Source: Zygnema circumcarinatum SAG 698-1b
Lineage: Eukaryota; Plantae; Zygnematophyceae
DNA: 64,000 nt
Direction of reading: 5' to 3'
NCBI GenBank assembly: GCA_037447605.1
Contig: CM074814.1
Span: forward strand, 2,418,001-2,482,000
The first letter of the stretch is position 1. Each line of letters starts with the position of its first letter. The notes below the pieces were generated by a model. It was not told the DNA's origin, searched no databases, and worked only from the letters and a program-made list of their open reading frames with translations. A program made the translations under genes and the position numbers. Shown one piece after another: positions 39,373-51,600 of the stretch.

Positions 39373-42178
39373 ATGGCAGGAGGGCCCGCCCTTGCAGCCA
39401 TGGCCGCCATGGCCTCCCTCGTCTCCGCCATCGCCCTCGCCCTCGCAGCGCTCGTCGCCGCCGCGGCCGCCCGTAGCCCTAATTTGAGCGTTCTCTCTAA
39501 GCCTGAGCCTCGCCCTATCACTGACCATGACGTCGCGAGCCCTAGCACTAGCTCTAACCCTAACCCTAACCCTAACCCTAACCCTAATTCTCGTTCTAAC
39601 CTTGACAGTACCCCTAACCTGAACTCTCGCTCGATTTTTAACCACCCCGTTGTCACTCCTAACGCTATCTCTAAACCCGGTCCTAACCCTACCCGCCGGG
39701 CCTCTCTCCTTACCCATCGCCGGGATTCCTACCCTACCGGCTCTGAGTCCTCCCCCTCCTCCTCTCCCTCCTCCTCTCCCTCTTCCCGAAATTGGTGGCG
39801 CTTTCCCGGAACTCTCCGCTTTGACCCCGAGCGGCGATACCTTCTGTATCCGCGCTTCCCCTCCGACTTCCACGTGTCAGTCAGGCACCGGCTGGCCTCC
39901 CTCTCCTGCATGGCGGCCTACGCTCTAACCCTAAGACGCATCCTCGTTCTGGACATGGACTGGAGCGTGGTCCCCGAGGAAAATGGGGGGGAGGCCCTCC
40001 TCACTAAGCTCAGGCAGTACATTGACTTCCCCTACCTGCGCAGGTAATGAAGGAAGGAACACGAGCAAGACAATGAGAAAAAGTAAATAAGAAAGTACAT
40101 AATTCCGTTCCGTAATGGTTTTTTTGGGTCATTTGGGTTGCGATAGGTTTATGGATTTCCACTATTTTTCGATTAATTTTGCGTTTTTTAGGTTTTTTAC
40201 TTTGCGGGTATTTGAAATTAGGGCGTTGGCGGTTGTGGGGTCCCTTGGATTTTTTCGATCTCGACGACCTTTGTATTTCTTTGAGTTGCTATCCTGACGC
40301 CAAACATTGGGGTTTAAAAATGCGCAGAAAAGTTCCCGTTATACAGATGCCGACATTCTACAGGGGTTTGCAGGAATGGGAAAAGACCCATTTTGGCAAT
40401 TTGACTTCCGTAGCGCGTGTCCCCATTTTGGCTGATTTGTCACTCACTGAACTCCGCAAACTTGATGCGACAATTCTTCTACGCGAGTATTCGTGGAATG
40501 GAAGAATGTTCTCTTTAGACGAATGTAAACATGGTAAGGTAAGGGCAACCTGTCAGAATAGACCCGAGGGAGAGGGTGAGGGAGAAGGAGAGGGAGAGGG
40601 AGAAGGAGAGGCAGAGGGAGAAGGAGAGGGAGAGGGAGAGGGAGAGGGAGCGGGAGAGGGAGCGGGAGAGGGGGCGGGAGCGGGAGCGGGAGCGGGAGGG
40701 GAGTTCTTTTCACTTTTTCAATCGCAGGCCCCACGTTTTTTGTCAGAAATTAATTGATAACATATGAAACCATATGCGCTCTGTATATGGTGTTCTTTTT
40801 GTGAGTCCTCCCACCTTTCAGGAGGCAAGCTATATGCCTGATGTTATCCGCTACTCTCCCTCACTGGAGTTCATCGCCAGCACTATACGGGAGAACTTAC
40901 CAACTGATTATGTCGCGATTCATGTTCGGAGAGGAGCGAAACTCCTCGTACCAAGGTTCTCACATCTTGATGAAGACACTCGCCCTCCCAAGTATGTCCC
41001 TCCCATCTTCCCTCTCTCTCGCTCTCCCATCTCTCTCTCTCTCTCTCTCTCGGCCCCACTTTCCTTCGTGCTGCCATGGATACTTGGAGAAGGAGAACCT
41101 ATCCAATGTGTGTTGTTGGCTAACTATCAATATGTTCTTGAACAGCTTGATGAAGGTTTTGAGACAACGAAATGTAGTGAGTGGGACGACAATTTACATT
41201 GCCACAAATGAGAAGCCCAACTTTTTCGCACCGCTTTCGAAGAAGTACACGATTGTGTTCTTGCAAGACTACTCCAGTCTGTGGAGTGAAGGCAGCTCTT
41301 GGTGGAATGCGACGAAGGCAATCGTGGCGGTGGACTCTACGCCCTTTTTTGATGAAGCGATGCGCGTAATCTTTCTCTCCCTCCATCCGCTCCCTCCCCT
41401 CTCTCTCCCCTCCCTCCCCTCCCTCCCCTCCCTCCCCTCCCTCCCCGCCCTCCCTCCCTCCCCACCCTCCCTCCTCCCTCCCTCCCTCCCTCCCTCCCTC
41501 CCTCCCTCCTCCCTCCCTCCCTCCCTCCCTCCCTCCCCGCCTTCCCTCCCCTCCCTCCCTCCCTCCCTCCCTCCCTCCCTCCTCCCTCCCTCCCTCCCTC
41601 CCCGCCCTCCCTCCCTCCCCGCCCTCCCTCCCTCCCTCCCTCCCCGCCCTCCCTCCCTCCCCGCCCTCCCCTCCCTCCCTCCCTCCCTCCCTTCCCTCCC
41701 TCCCCGCCCTCCCTCCCTCCCTCCTCCCCGCCCTCCCTCCCTCCCCGCCTTCCCTCCCCTCCCTCCCTTCCCTCCCCTCCCTCCCTCCACCTCCTCCTCC
41801 TCCTCCTCTCTTCCATGTCGGCTTCCCCGCACACTTCCCTTGGTCTTCCGATCCCCTTCTCCTACTTCCCCCTCCTCCTGCTCTGTCCCCTGCTCTCTCT
41901 TCCTCCCGATTTCTGCCTCTCTTCCTCTTTCTCCTCTCCCCTGCTCTCCCCGTTCCTCTCCCTCTCCCTCTCTTCCTATCCCTCTCGGCTGCTCCCTCTC
42001 TCTTCCCTGCCGCGTCCCTCTTTGCCCCTCCCTTCTCTCTTTTACATGCTTCATTTTCGAATGTAAATCGCCGTCTATCGTCCCTTTATGTGTGCAGGGT
42101 ATCGTGGACTATGTCATTTTTTCCCGCGCCACTTTTAGCTTAAGAACTTTCAATGACTTCGCCTCCGATTCGGTGTGA
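39373..42178 (+). CDS. SUB1-like O-fucosyltransferase-fold glycosyltransferase, paralog B
   Basis: Exons 39373 (or 39400)-40043 (signal anchor, NP repeat, TLRFDPERRYLLYPR), 40328-40538, 40822-40991 (DYVAIHVRRGAK...HLDEDTRPP), 41146-41365 (TIYIATNEKPNFF...LWSEGSSW...FFDEAMR) and 42098-42178 (GIVDYVIFSRATFSLRTFNDF). Intron positions and phases are identical to paralog A. Confidence 0.88.
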
Positions 42179-42857
42179 CCTCGCCTGCCTCGGCTCCGTT
42201 AAAGCGTGTACAGAGGGAGTGGCTCGGACGGAGTGTTGTATGAGTAGAACTGGAACTGGAACTGTAACTGTGACGGAAACTAGCGTTTCCATGTACTATG
42301 AGGATAGCAGCGCGTTGTAATACAATGAGCATGAAACTTAACATGCGACTTGGTTCGATTTTTAGGGACGGAATTTGTTCGCGCGTGCGTGCCCAGCGGC
42401 TCTAGGAGAGTTGGGCAATGGCTCGCTCCAACATGACCAATGGCACCACATGGAACTTGATGCAACCTATGGCGGTAATGTGAACGTAATATTCAATACT
42501 CGATGCATTATTTGCTGCATTTAAGCATTTGCGATTCCCAAAATAAATGAATAATCAAAAATTAAGTATCAAGTCTCGTCAAAACTCTACTTTTGCGGCC
42601 ATCCCTTATTCCCCTGCTGCGAGCCGCCACCGACCTCGACCGGCGGTCACCGACCTTGACCGGCGGTCACCGCGCGTCGACGGCCGTTTGCTGATGTGGC
42701 ACCAGCACCACACGGGGCATTGAGATGGATCTAGCCGACACGTGGCGGTGTGGGAATGGATCTTTTGGTCGAGGTTTTTTTGTGAAACAATGCGCCACGT
42801 TTCCCAAACTGCATACGTGGCGCTCATGGCTTTATTTTGTTTGCGTGACCATACGGA

Positions 42858-42950
42858 TCCTCGTGGTTCCCAATGTCGATGTTGCCCATAACTAGCACAA
42901 AATTTCATGGCCTCTCCAAAAATTTCAACAGGGTGAGACCGACCCATGCC
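42858..42950 (-). repeat. Dispersed hairpin repeat family, copy 8 (diverged)
   Basis: atcctcgtggttcccaatgtcgatgttg...gtgagaccgacccatgcc matches both ends of the reverse consensus; the middle has diverged. Confidence 0.55.
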
Positions 42951-43026
42951 ATGCATTCAAAGCCGTCCGTACATTTCATTATCCTTTGCGTACGGACGAT
43001 ATTATCGGCAGGCAACGAGTCTGGGT

Positions 43027-43411
43027 TAGGGATGGCCCGCGTTATAAATTCCGAATATATTATATAATTTACAACGGGTTTAAAATTAGTAATATATTAC
43101 AAAGTAAAACACTTTATTACATATATTATACCCACTCGTTTTGAACAATTAACGACCGTACGACCGTACTCGTACGGTCGTACGGCCGTACCATACCAAA
43201 ATTAGGTCGTTTTGGCGTTGGCTTTGCGAAATGCGTTCGTCTGGTTTTTTCTGTCTGCTCGTGCTCGGGCCGCATAATACCGTACATTCGTACGACCGTA
43301 CGACCATACATGTTGTAAAGGCGTTGTAAATTAATATATATCGGCCGTTATCTATTCGTCACAGTTGTATAATATAATATATAATATATAATCGTAACTA
43401 ATCCATCCCTA
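43027..43411. mobile_element. hAT-superfamily MITE (385 bp), intact termini
   Basis: TIR TAGGGATGG (43027-43035) / CCATCCCTA (43403-43411); perfect 8-bp TSD GTCTGGGT at 43019-43026 and 43412-43419. AT-rich subterminal regions and CGTACG-rich interior; no transposase ORF. Confidence 0.93.
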
Positions 43412-44169
43412 GTCTGGGTCACTAAGTTCCAATTCTCACAATATCCGTATGTCCGTACTCACCTCGCGACAAAATTCCACCTCCGTACACATTCCCACAG
43501 ATTCACATTGCGTCAAACATTCCCTCCGTACTGGAGGCCCACCTGCCCCTCATGTCCCTGACCGTACAGCCCCCCCTCTACCCCATGCCCGCACCGCTAA
43601 ACCCCAAAATCGAGACATTGTGCCCCTTGCACGTGGAACCGGCTCAGAAAACACCTCCTCCCGAAAAAATCGAATTCGTACAGTTCGTACATTTTTGTGG
43701 TACAAATCCAGGCAGAGACAAACGTTCAACACGTGGCTCCATATACACCTCCCCCGCGTAATACCAAGAACAGCTACACCTACCGCATATACCTTTCCCT
43801 CTACACGACGAAATTGTTGTATGGTCTCTAGCGCGTGCCGGCTTTAACTCGGGGAAGCGACGACCGTCCACTCCATACCCTCGGGTCCCCGCTAGCCCGC
43901 CCTGGCGGCCCCTCCACCGTCAGATTTGTCACGTGGCAATCTCTGGCTTCCGATTGACCGTCCGATATTCCACGTGATGATTTCGCTGCCAGTGAGGACA
44001 AATTCCCTGCAGTTCTGCCCGCCGCAGAAACGCCGCCCCTGGGGGGAATCAGCCCGAAACCGCGCGGTGCGGGCGGGAACCGCGACCGCGCCGTTGTTCC
44101 GCGCGTAGAAGCCCGCGTGGAACGGCGTGGGGAACCGCGCGGCCCGGCTGGCTCCTAGGTAGGATTGGG

Positions 44170-44565
44170 GGGCCACGGGGGCACGGGCCTTCCCGGGGGG
44201 GTCAGGACCGGGTCACGCGACCAGCCGTGCCCGGGGCACGAAATTCCGTGGCCTTCCACCGTGCCCCATAAATCAGCGTATTACGTCATGGACCTGGGTC
44301 GGGATAGTAACGACTCACATGGAACTCATGTGGAGACAGACAATTCGTACACTTTGTACTATATCACTCGTACTTTTCGTACCCTTTTTCGTACGGAGCG
44401 TACTTCTCGCACGATTTTTCGTACTGTAACTGGTCCGATTTTCACTGTTCTGTGGTCACGTCACGGGGCACGAGAAGGGGCATGTGCCCCGGGCATGCCC
44501 CTCTGCCTGGAGGGCGGGGGCGGCACGTGCCCCGGGGCACTAATTGGGCCGGGGCCGTGCCTCTA
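44170..44565. mobile_element. GGCACG-motif-rich candidate hAT-like MITE remnant immediately upstream of the bHLH ATG
   Basis: About 9 GGCAC(G)/CGTGCC motifs clustered at both ends around a TCGTAC-rich AT core; no unambiguous TIR or TSD. Confidence 0.4.
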
Positions 44566-44634
44566 GGACATTGCCGAGAGGAGAGGATGGGAGGGAGAGA
44601 GGGGGGAAAGAGATAGCTCGCGGGAGGCCCGGCC

Positions 44635-46932
44635 ATGGCGGCGATGGAGCCGGGGCGGCAGCAGATGCTGCTCTTCCTCCCGAGCGCGCAGCTGCAGCAT
44701 GAGGGGAGGGAGGGGGACATGGCGGCTGAAGGAGGAGTAGGAGGAGGAGGAGAGGAAGCGGGAGGTGGGAGGGAGGGAGGAGGGAGGGAGAGGGTGCTTG
44801 CTGTGCTGCAGGGCAGGGAGATCCATGGGGCGCCGGAGAATCCCTCCGTTCAGTTTCCGTTCCAGTTTCAGTCCCGTTTTCCGTCGCCCCCGGCGCACAA
44901 GGAACTGCAGAAGCTTGACGGGGGGGCGCTGACGCTCGACCTCATGCATGCGTGGGAGGGGAAGGCCGCCATGGATAGGGACGACAGAGGATGGGGAGGG
45001 GGAGGGGGAGGGAGAGGGAGGGAGGGAGGAGGGACGGGGGGTTGGGGTCCAATGGGGGTGTTGGGGAGTCCGCGAAACGCGGGGAGGGTGACAGCTGGAG
45101 GTGGGAGGGGAAGGGAGGAGTGCGCGCAGCAGCAGCTGCAGAGGCTTCCCAGTGGGTCGGACGAGGAGGAGGAGGAGGGAGTGGGAGAGGGAGAGGTGAG
45201 GGAGGCGGAGGGAGATGAGGATAGTCTGTCGCTGGGGGGGGAGGAAGGGAGCTCGAGGAAGAGGAAGGGAGGGCCCGGGGGGGGAAGAGGGAGAGGGTGT
45301 GGGAGTGCGAGTGGGAGTGGGAGTGGGAGCCTTCCACACGCAATGTCCCATTTGATGACGGAGAGGAGGCGGAGGGAGAGGCTGAATGAGCAGTTTTTGG
45401 CGCTGCGCGGAGTGGTTCCCAATATTACGAAGGTGGAGAGAGGGCTCAAGATTTGGGTCTCAAAGCTTGCTGGAAGAGAAAAGTGGGGCTTGAAGATAAA
45501 TAAAATAAAATGCATCCTTTCACTTGGGGTGTAATGAATCGAAGTGGGTAATTTTCGGGACTTTTTTTTTTTTGTTTGCTTGTTGGTTTGGGGATTGTTT
45601 AATTTTTTCTCCCTTTATGGGGTGGGGGGGGTGTGTGGTCCGTTGAGTGGCTCCCATTTTCCTTCTCTCTCTCCTCTTTCGCTCTCTTTCTCTCTCGTGC
45701 TCTTTTCATTGGAATAGGAAAGGTGAAATTTCCATTTAAATGATGGAATTTAAGGTGTCTTCTGTTATTGAATGAGTGGGGCAGGAGAAGGGAGGAGAGA
45801 GGAGGGAGGAGGGAGGAAGGAGAACGAGAAAAATTTTAACTTGTGCTTCTCGTGACCTAATTTCTAGTGATTTTTTTTATCTTACGGTTTATCGACCGTA
45901 GACTTTTAGATCCGTCCTAGTGGGCACGAAATATGGTAGTCCTATTATCCTCCCTCCCGTTCGTGAGAGGTAGGCGAGAGTGTGAAGGGAGAGGTAGAGA
46001 AACGGAAAATGGATCAAAACGAGGGAGAGAGAGAGAGAGGGGAATAGGGAGACAAACTCGTTAACTTACTCTTCCCTACCTTCCCCCCTCCCTCCCTTCT
46101 CGCAGATGAATAAGCTCTCCACCCTGGAAGATGCCATCCACTACATCAAAACCCTCCAGCAGAAAGTCTCTCTCCTCGAAAAGCGACTCAAAGCTTTTGA
46201 ATCCGGGGGAGGAGAGGGAGCCCCTCCCTCTGAGAGAGAGAGCCAACCGGGAGGCTCTCTCTCTCTCTCTCACTCCTCCTCCCCTTCTGGAATTGAACCT
46301 CTTCGCCAAGTTGCGTCTAGACAGTCCCCTTTAGGGAGGCTGCAAGACCTCCATTCTGCCTCCGAACCTTTGGAAAATAGTTGTGTGGATGTGGAAGTGA
46401 AGCTGGTGGATGAGGAGCAGTACTTGGTGAATTTTCACTGTAGGAAGAGGAGGGGGCTTCTTTTAGATGTGGGGGCAGCCATGGAGGCAGCTGCGCTTGA
46501 AGTGAAGCAGGCAACTGTTATGGCTTCCGCGCATTCGACACATATTGGAATTCTCACTGGAAAGGTTCGTCGAGAAGCTCTCATTTCACTTCTATCTCTT
46601 TCTCTCTCCCTCTCTTTCTCTCCCTCGCGTTTTTTACGGGAGTTCTCTCTCTCTCTCTTTCTTGCGCTTTTTTGGAGGGGGGGAAGGCAGTTGGATGTCC
46701 TCTTGTTGGGGATGTTGGGTTCCAAAGGGGAGCCTTAAGATGGGTTGTCTGCCTCCCCCTCTCTCTCTCTCTATCGTTTTCTTTCTCTCTCTCTCTCTCT
46801 CTCGCTCGCTCTCTCTCGTTCTCGCCCCTCCTGCTTTTTGTCATTTGAGTTGGGGGGGGGGGAGAAGAGAGAAAGGAGCCCAAATGGTAGTTTTCTCTCC
46901 TCTCCCCCCTCCCCCCTCAACCCTCTCTCTCA

Positions 46933-46964
<32 letters not shown>

Positions 46965-47160
46965 TTCGAAATTGAAGATTTGGGGAAAGTGAAAGCGTGC
47001 TAAAGGTGGCGATCTGTTTGTCTTTTTGCAGATAGGGGAGGAGAGGAGGGGGCGGGAGGCCGCCCTTCAAATGGGCCTCAAGGAGCTTCTCTCCGTTCAG
47101 CGCCGCGCTCTCGTGACATATGTCACAAATGTCTGTGGAGAGAACTCCTTCCGCCAATGA
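44635..47160 (+). CDS. bHLH transcription factor (subfamily III/IV-like) with C-terminal ACT-like domain
   Basis: Exon 44635-45432 ends SHLMTERRRRERLNEQFLALRGVVPNITK; exon 46106-~46564 MNKLSTLEDAIHYIKTLQQKV...VDVEVKLVDEEQYLVNFHCRKRRGLLLDVGAAMEAAALEV; probable last exon 47032-47160. Confidence 0.9.
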
Positions 47161-48166
47161 GAAGGCATTCATTGTGAGACCATACAGAGTTTCCATTTCA
47201 GGTTTTAGGTTCTTAAGAGTCTTAGGGTTGCGTTTTGATAGTGCAAGAGGAAGCCGGGTGTAGGAGGAGGAGAGAGGGGGGGGGGGGGAATGTGTAGAAG
47301 GAGATTGGAGGAAGCTGAGGAGTGTGGAATCGTAAGGTATTGCTGTACATGTATGTGATGTTTGCGCTCACCAGGACGAGCTCACCCTGTCTCCCTTTTT
47401 CCCTTCTCTCTCTCCCTTTCTTCCTCCCTCTCTCCCTCCCTCTTCCTCCCTCCTCCACCTTCCCGCCCTTGATCTGTGCGCAAAAGAGTCTCGATCTCGT
47501 GAGCGGACTCCTCCCTCCCTCCCTCCCCTTTCGCCCGCCCCCTCTCTCTCCTTCTCCAACCTGCATTTGTTGGTATCCTCCTTAACTTTCGAGAGCAAGG
47601 TATCAGCTATGTACAAATCCCCCCCCCCCCCCCCCCCCCCNNNNNNNNNNCCCCCCCCCCCCCCCCTTCCTTAGAGAATCTAAGCTGAAGTTCTGTCGTT
47701 TGGCAGCACTCAGAGTTAAGCTGATAGGGCTCTGTCTCCCTGATCCTGTTTGTGCTTACTACCACCTACATTATGCATTCATTGTTGCTTAGTTCACAAT
47801 TTCAAGACGACGGTCTAGTTAGAGACGAGGGGGGCAGGGAGAGGGCAGGAGCTGAGAGTTGGCTTTTAGGGTTGAGGGCTCTTTAGGGTTTCCTGGAGGG
47901 TTCTGCCGTCGGCAATTGAATAGGGTTCAGGGGTCGAAGCGATTGACTTTGTAATTTGGCACACGCTGGGAGCGTGAAATAATGTTGAAGAGAATATGGC
48001 GAGGTTGGAGAGGAGAGGTCAATTCGCAGTCTCCCTGTGACATGATACATGGTGGTTGACACCCATGTGCACGGCAACATGGTTCACACAACATGGTGCA
48101 TGCAACATTGTAACATTGTACATGAAACATGGAGCATGGCAACATGATACGTAAACCATCGTGATG

Positions 48167-48292
48167 AAGGGGATGTGGCATTGATCTCACGGTGGCGATG
48201 ATGCCATCAAATGTGCATGCACAAAATCAACAACATGGGGAGGGAACCACGAAGAACAACTGCTCGCAATGGCCTAAGCACGAAAGAAAAAA
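48167..48292 (+). repeat. Dispersed hairpin repeat family, copy 6
   Basis: aaggggatgtggcattgatctcacggtggcgatgatgccatcaaatgtgcatgcacaaaatcaacaacatggggagggaaccacgaagaacaactgctcgcaatggcctaagcacgaaagaaaa. Confidence 0.85.
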
Positions 48293-48697
48293 CTACGCCT
48301 AGGCTCAACAACGCTTCAAGCCCCCCCTCGAAGCAGCCGGGAAGGATGGGTTTCATGAGTGTCAGATTAAACGAAATCTTACGAACAAGTAACATTCAAT
48401 AGTAAGCCGCACCAGGTTTGCGATGTGTCGGAGTTCTCGTTCTTGTCTCAAAACTTACGAACAATTTTAAGTCTGACGCCCACTGTGAATTATATAACCG
48501 CATCACACCTCTCTGCCTCCCTCCCTCCCTCCCTCCCAAGCTCGCTCTCAATTTCCAGCCTTGCCCATAGGGGAGAGAGAGGAGCTCTCATACTCCGGAA
48601 TCTCTTTCCCACTCTCCCTCTCTCCCACTAGTCCCTCTCCCCCTCCACAGGGCGCCACGTGTCCCCTCCCCTCCATGCGGGGTCCAGCGCCGGCAGC

Positions 48698-51600
48698 ATG
48701 CAGCGCATGAAGAGCGTAGTGGCCGCCATGGCTGCTCCTCCCGCAGCTCTCTCTCCTGCTTGCTACGCCCGCCATGTCTCCGGGAGAAAGGCATCCATGG
48801 CAGCCTCCTTCAGGAGGATGGCGGAGGGGCTGAGGAAGCTACAAGGAAGCACGAGCAGCAGCAGGCTCGCCACGTGTCACATCCAAGGCACTGCCACGTG
48901 CCTTCTTCCTAGCGGTGCCAGCGAGGCGGGAGGGAATGGGGGCCTTCGCGAGCTGCAGAGAAGCTTTTTTTCAGGGAGGAAGGGCTTTGACAGCTGTCGC
49001 TTTCAGACCCTATCCACGTGTCAGTCTCGGAGCTTCGCCACGTGTAGCAGCAGCAGCAGCAGCGCGGGAGGGTGGGGGACTGAATTAGGGTTGGGGTCAG
49101 CGACTCTGAAGCCATGGAGTGGAGCGGAGCACTGGGTTCAGGGAAGGAGAGGGAGGGGGAGAGGGAGAGGGTTCTGTGCAGAGGCGGGAGGTTCGGAGAA
49201 GATGCGGAAGGATGAGCCCCTGTCTGTGGTCATGGCTTCTGTGAATAGGCATAATTTTAAGGCTGTGTTTGAGAACGACATCTTGAAAGCAATCGACGAG
49301 GCGGATTTTATCGCTTTTGATTTCGAGTTTACGGGAGTGGAAAGCTCTCCATTTCGGCGAGCGGGAGAGCTCGATACTTTGGAAATTCGGTACTTGAATT
49401 TGAGGCATTCCGCTTCAAATTTCATGGTTGTGCAGTTTGGACTCTGTCCTGTGCGCTACGACGCTGAACAAAAGTGCTTTATAGTTAACCCGTAAGTATG
49501 TAAACTCCGCTAATTTTCGGTTTTAAACTCGACTTCTTCTCTCCTCTCTCTCTCTCGCCAGCCTCCAGACAGTGTTAAAAATAACACTCGTGTCGCTTTC
49601 TCATCAGACGATCGCGTAAAATTTGATTTATTAAAGGTAGCAGTATTAGTCGCAGAAGAATGGATGATTAACATTGAATTTACTTGTTGACGCATTTCCC
49701 TCAGACGTCACTCCTCTTTTCTCGTCCTCTATTTGAAATATATGCCACTACTTTGACCGAGCTTTTCCTAACTCATATTGTAAAGCCTACGTGCACTGTT
49801 CCAATATCAAACCTAAAACCTTTTCAGTCAAGGCTGAGGAAGAATGTTAGTTTTGAGCTTATCTATGCGGTTGGGGGGGCGGGAGGGAGAGATGAACAGG
49901 TTCAATATTCATGTATTTCCTCGCGCTCCCATTCCCTCCCTTAAGACCACTCCCTCTCGGAACTACCTCAGTCAAGTCTCCTCCATTGAGTTTCTCGCCA
50001 CTCACAATGTTGATTTCAATGCTTGGATCAGAGACGGTGAGAGCTTCATCACTTCATTCACATATCGATTGACCCTTCATAGCACATGAAGCATTATGAG
50101 GAAGTCTGTTGGGGATGACGAGCAGGTTTAGGGTTTCACTACGTGATCGCTGTGAGAGAGAAACTAGTTATGCATGTATGGGTCCAATGTCTTGAATTCA
50201 AAACATTTTGCAACGTGGGTTTTCGGCTATTTGCTTTGCAGGAGTTTCGTACATTTCAGAGGAGCAGGAGGCTATGGCTCGCAGCCGCCTCGGCATGATT
50301 TCGGGCAGCCCTGAAAGTTTTCTCGAAGAAAATAATATACAAGTGGCCGTTACCGGCTCTAGCGCGATATTCTGTGAAAACATGAAAAAATTCTTGGAAA
50401 ATTGGCGGAATTCTGTGGCATATCAACCTCAATCGGAGCCCGAGAATGTTGAAGATGAGGAAATGTCAATATTGGAAGGGGCTGGGGTGACCAATAATAG
50501 GGTTAAATCAGTCGCCGGAGCGCAAATTTCCAGCGTTCCGAGTGTTGTAGAGAGGCAAGGGAAGGGGAACGAAGGGAGAGAGTCTGTGAAAAATAAGATT
50601 GAGGGAAATTCAAAGCAGCAAGTTCCAACATATGCGGGAGTTCAGATTCCTCCTCAGAATGTGTTGGCATCTTGGAAGTCAATTCTTTTGAAGAGATTGA
50701 GCACGAGGGAGGTGCTTTTGGTTCGGCAGGTGCTCCCTCCCTCTCTATCTTTCCCACTCTCTCTCCCTCCCTCCCTCCCTCATCGCTCTACCTCGTCCGG
50801 CTTCTGTCCTCTTCTCTGCCTCTTGTTGCTCTTCTTCCCCTTTGATCCCGATTTCCTTTTTTCGACTGTCTCTCCCGTCCTTATTTCCATCTCTTTCCCT
50901 TACTTCACCCCTCCCGCCCCTCCCCCCCTCACCCTCTCACTCTCTCACGCTCGCTCTACCAATCTCTGCTTCCCCGCTCTGTTTTCTTAAGAGTAAGGAG
51001 AGCCGGACTTCACCAAATGTAGTTTTGTTTCGAAGTTTATATAGCAGTATAGCAGACATAAGTGCATGCTTTGGAACTTTCACACGTTTGAGGAATTAAA
51101 TACCGACGGAGAGAAATCTTACGGCTCAGTAAACTACTTGTCAGGTGGTTCGAAAAAATTTCATCGATATTTTGCTCGTTCCTGAAGGAAACTCTTTGGA
51201 GCTTCGGGCTGTCTACTGCCCCCCAGAAAAAAGAGATTTCTTGGTGGTAAGAGAACCCTTTCACTAATCCCTTCCTTTGTAGTCCTTTGATTCTTACAAA
51301 AGTGTTAAAAATTACGAAGACCCACAAGCCTTAACTGCCCAGAACCCAAAATATTTGAATAAAACTAAGATTACATAAAGTAAAAATTTTAAAAAATAGA
51401 TGGGTTTTTCGGCAGGGGAGGCTGCGGGAGGAGTGGCGGGTCGGGCACGAGGCGGCGATGAGAGAAGCGCGGGGGGTCGGACTCATCGTGGACGCGCTCG
51501 CCAAGGCGGGGAAGCCGCTTGTGGGCCACAACTGCCTGCTGGGTGAGGGAGGGAGGGAGGGAGGGAGGGCAGGGAGGGAGGGAGGGGGAAATGGAGGGAG

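Noticed and set aside
40841-42178. 445-aa ORF read as a single exon with a Pro-rich insert
   Set aside because: It spans exons 4-5 of gene B; the Pro-rich part lies between a GT donor (41366) and an AG acceptor (42097) matching paralog A's intron.
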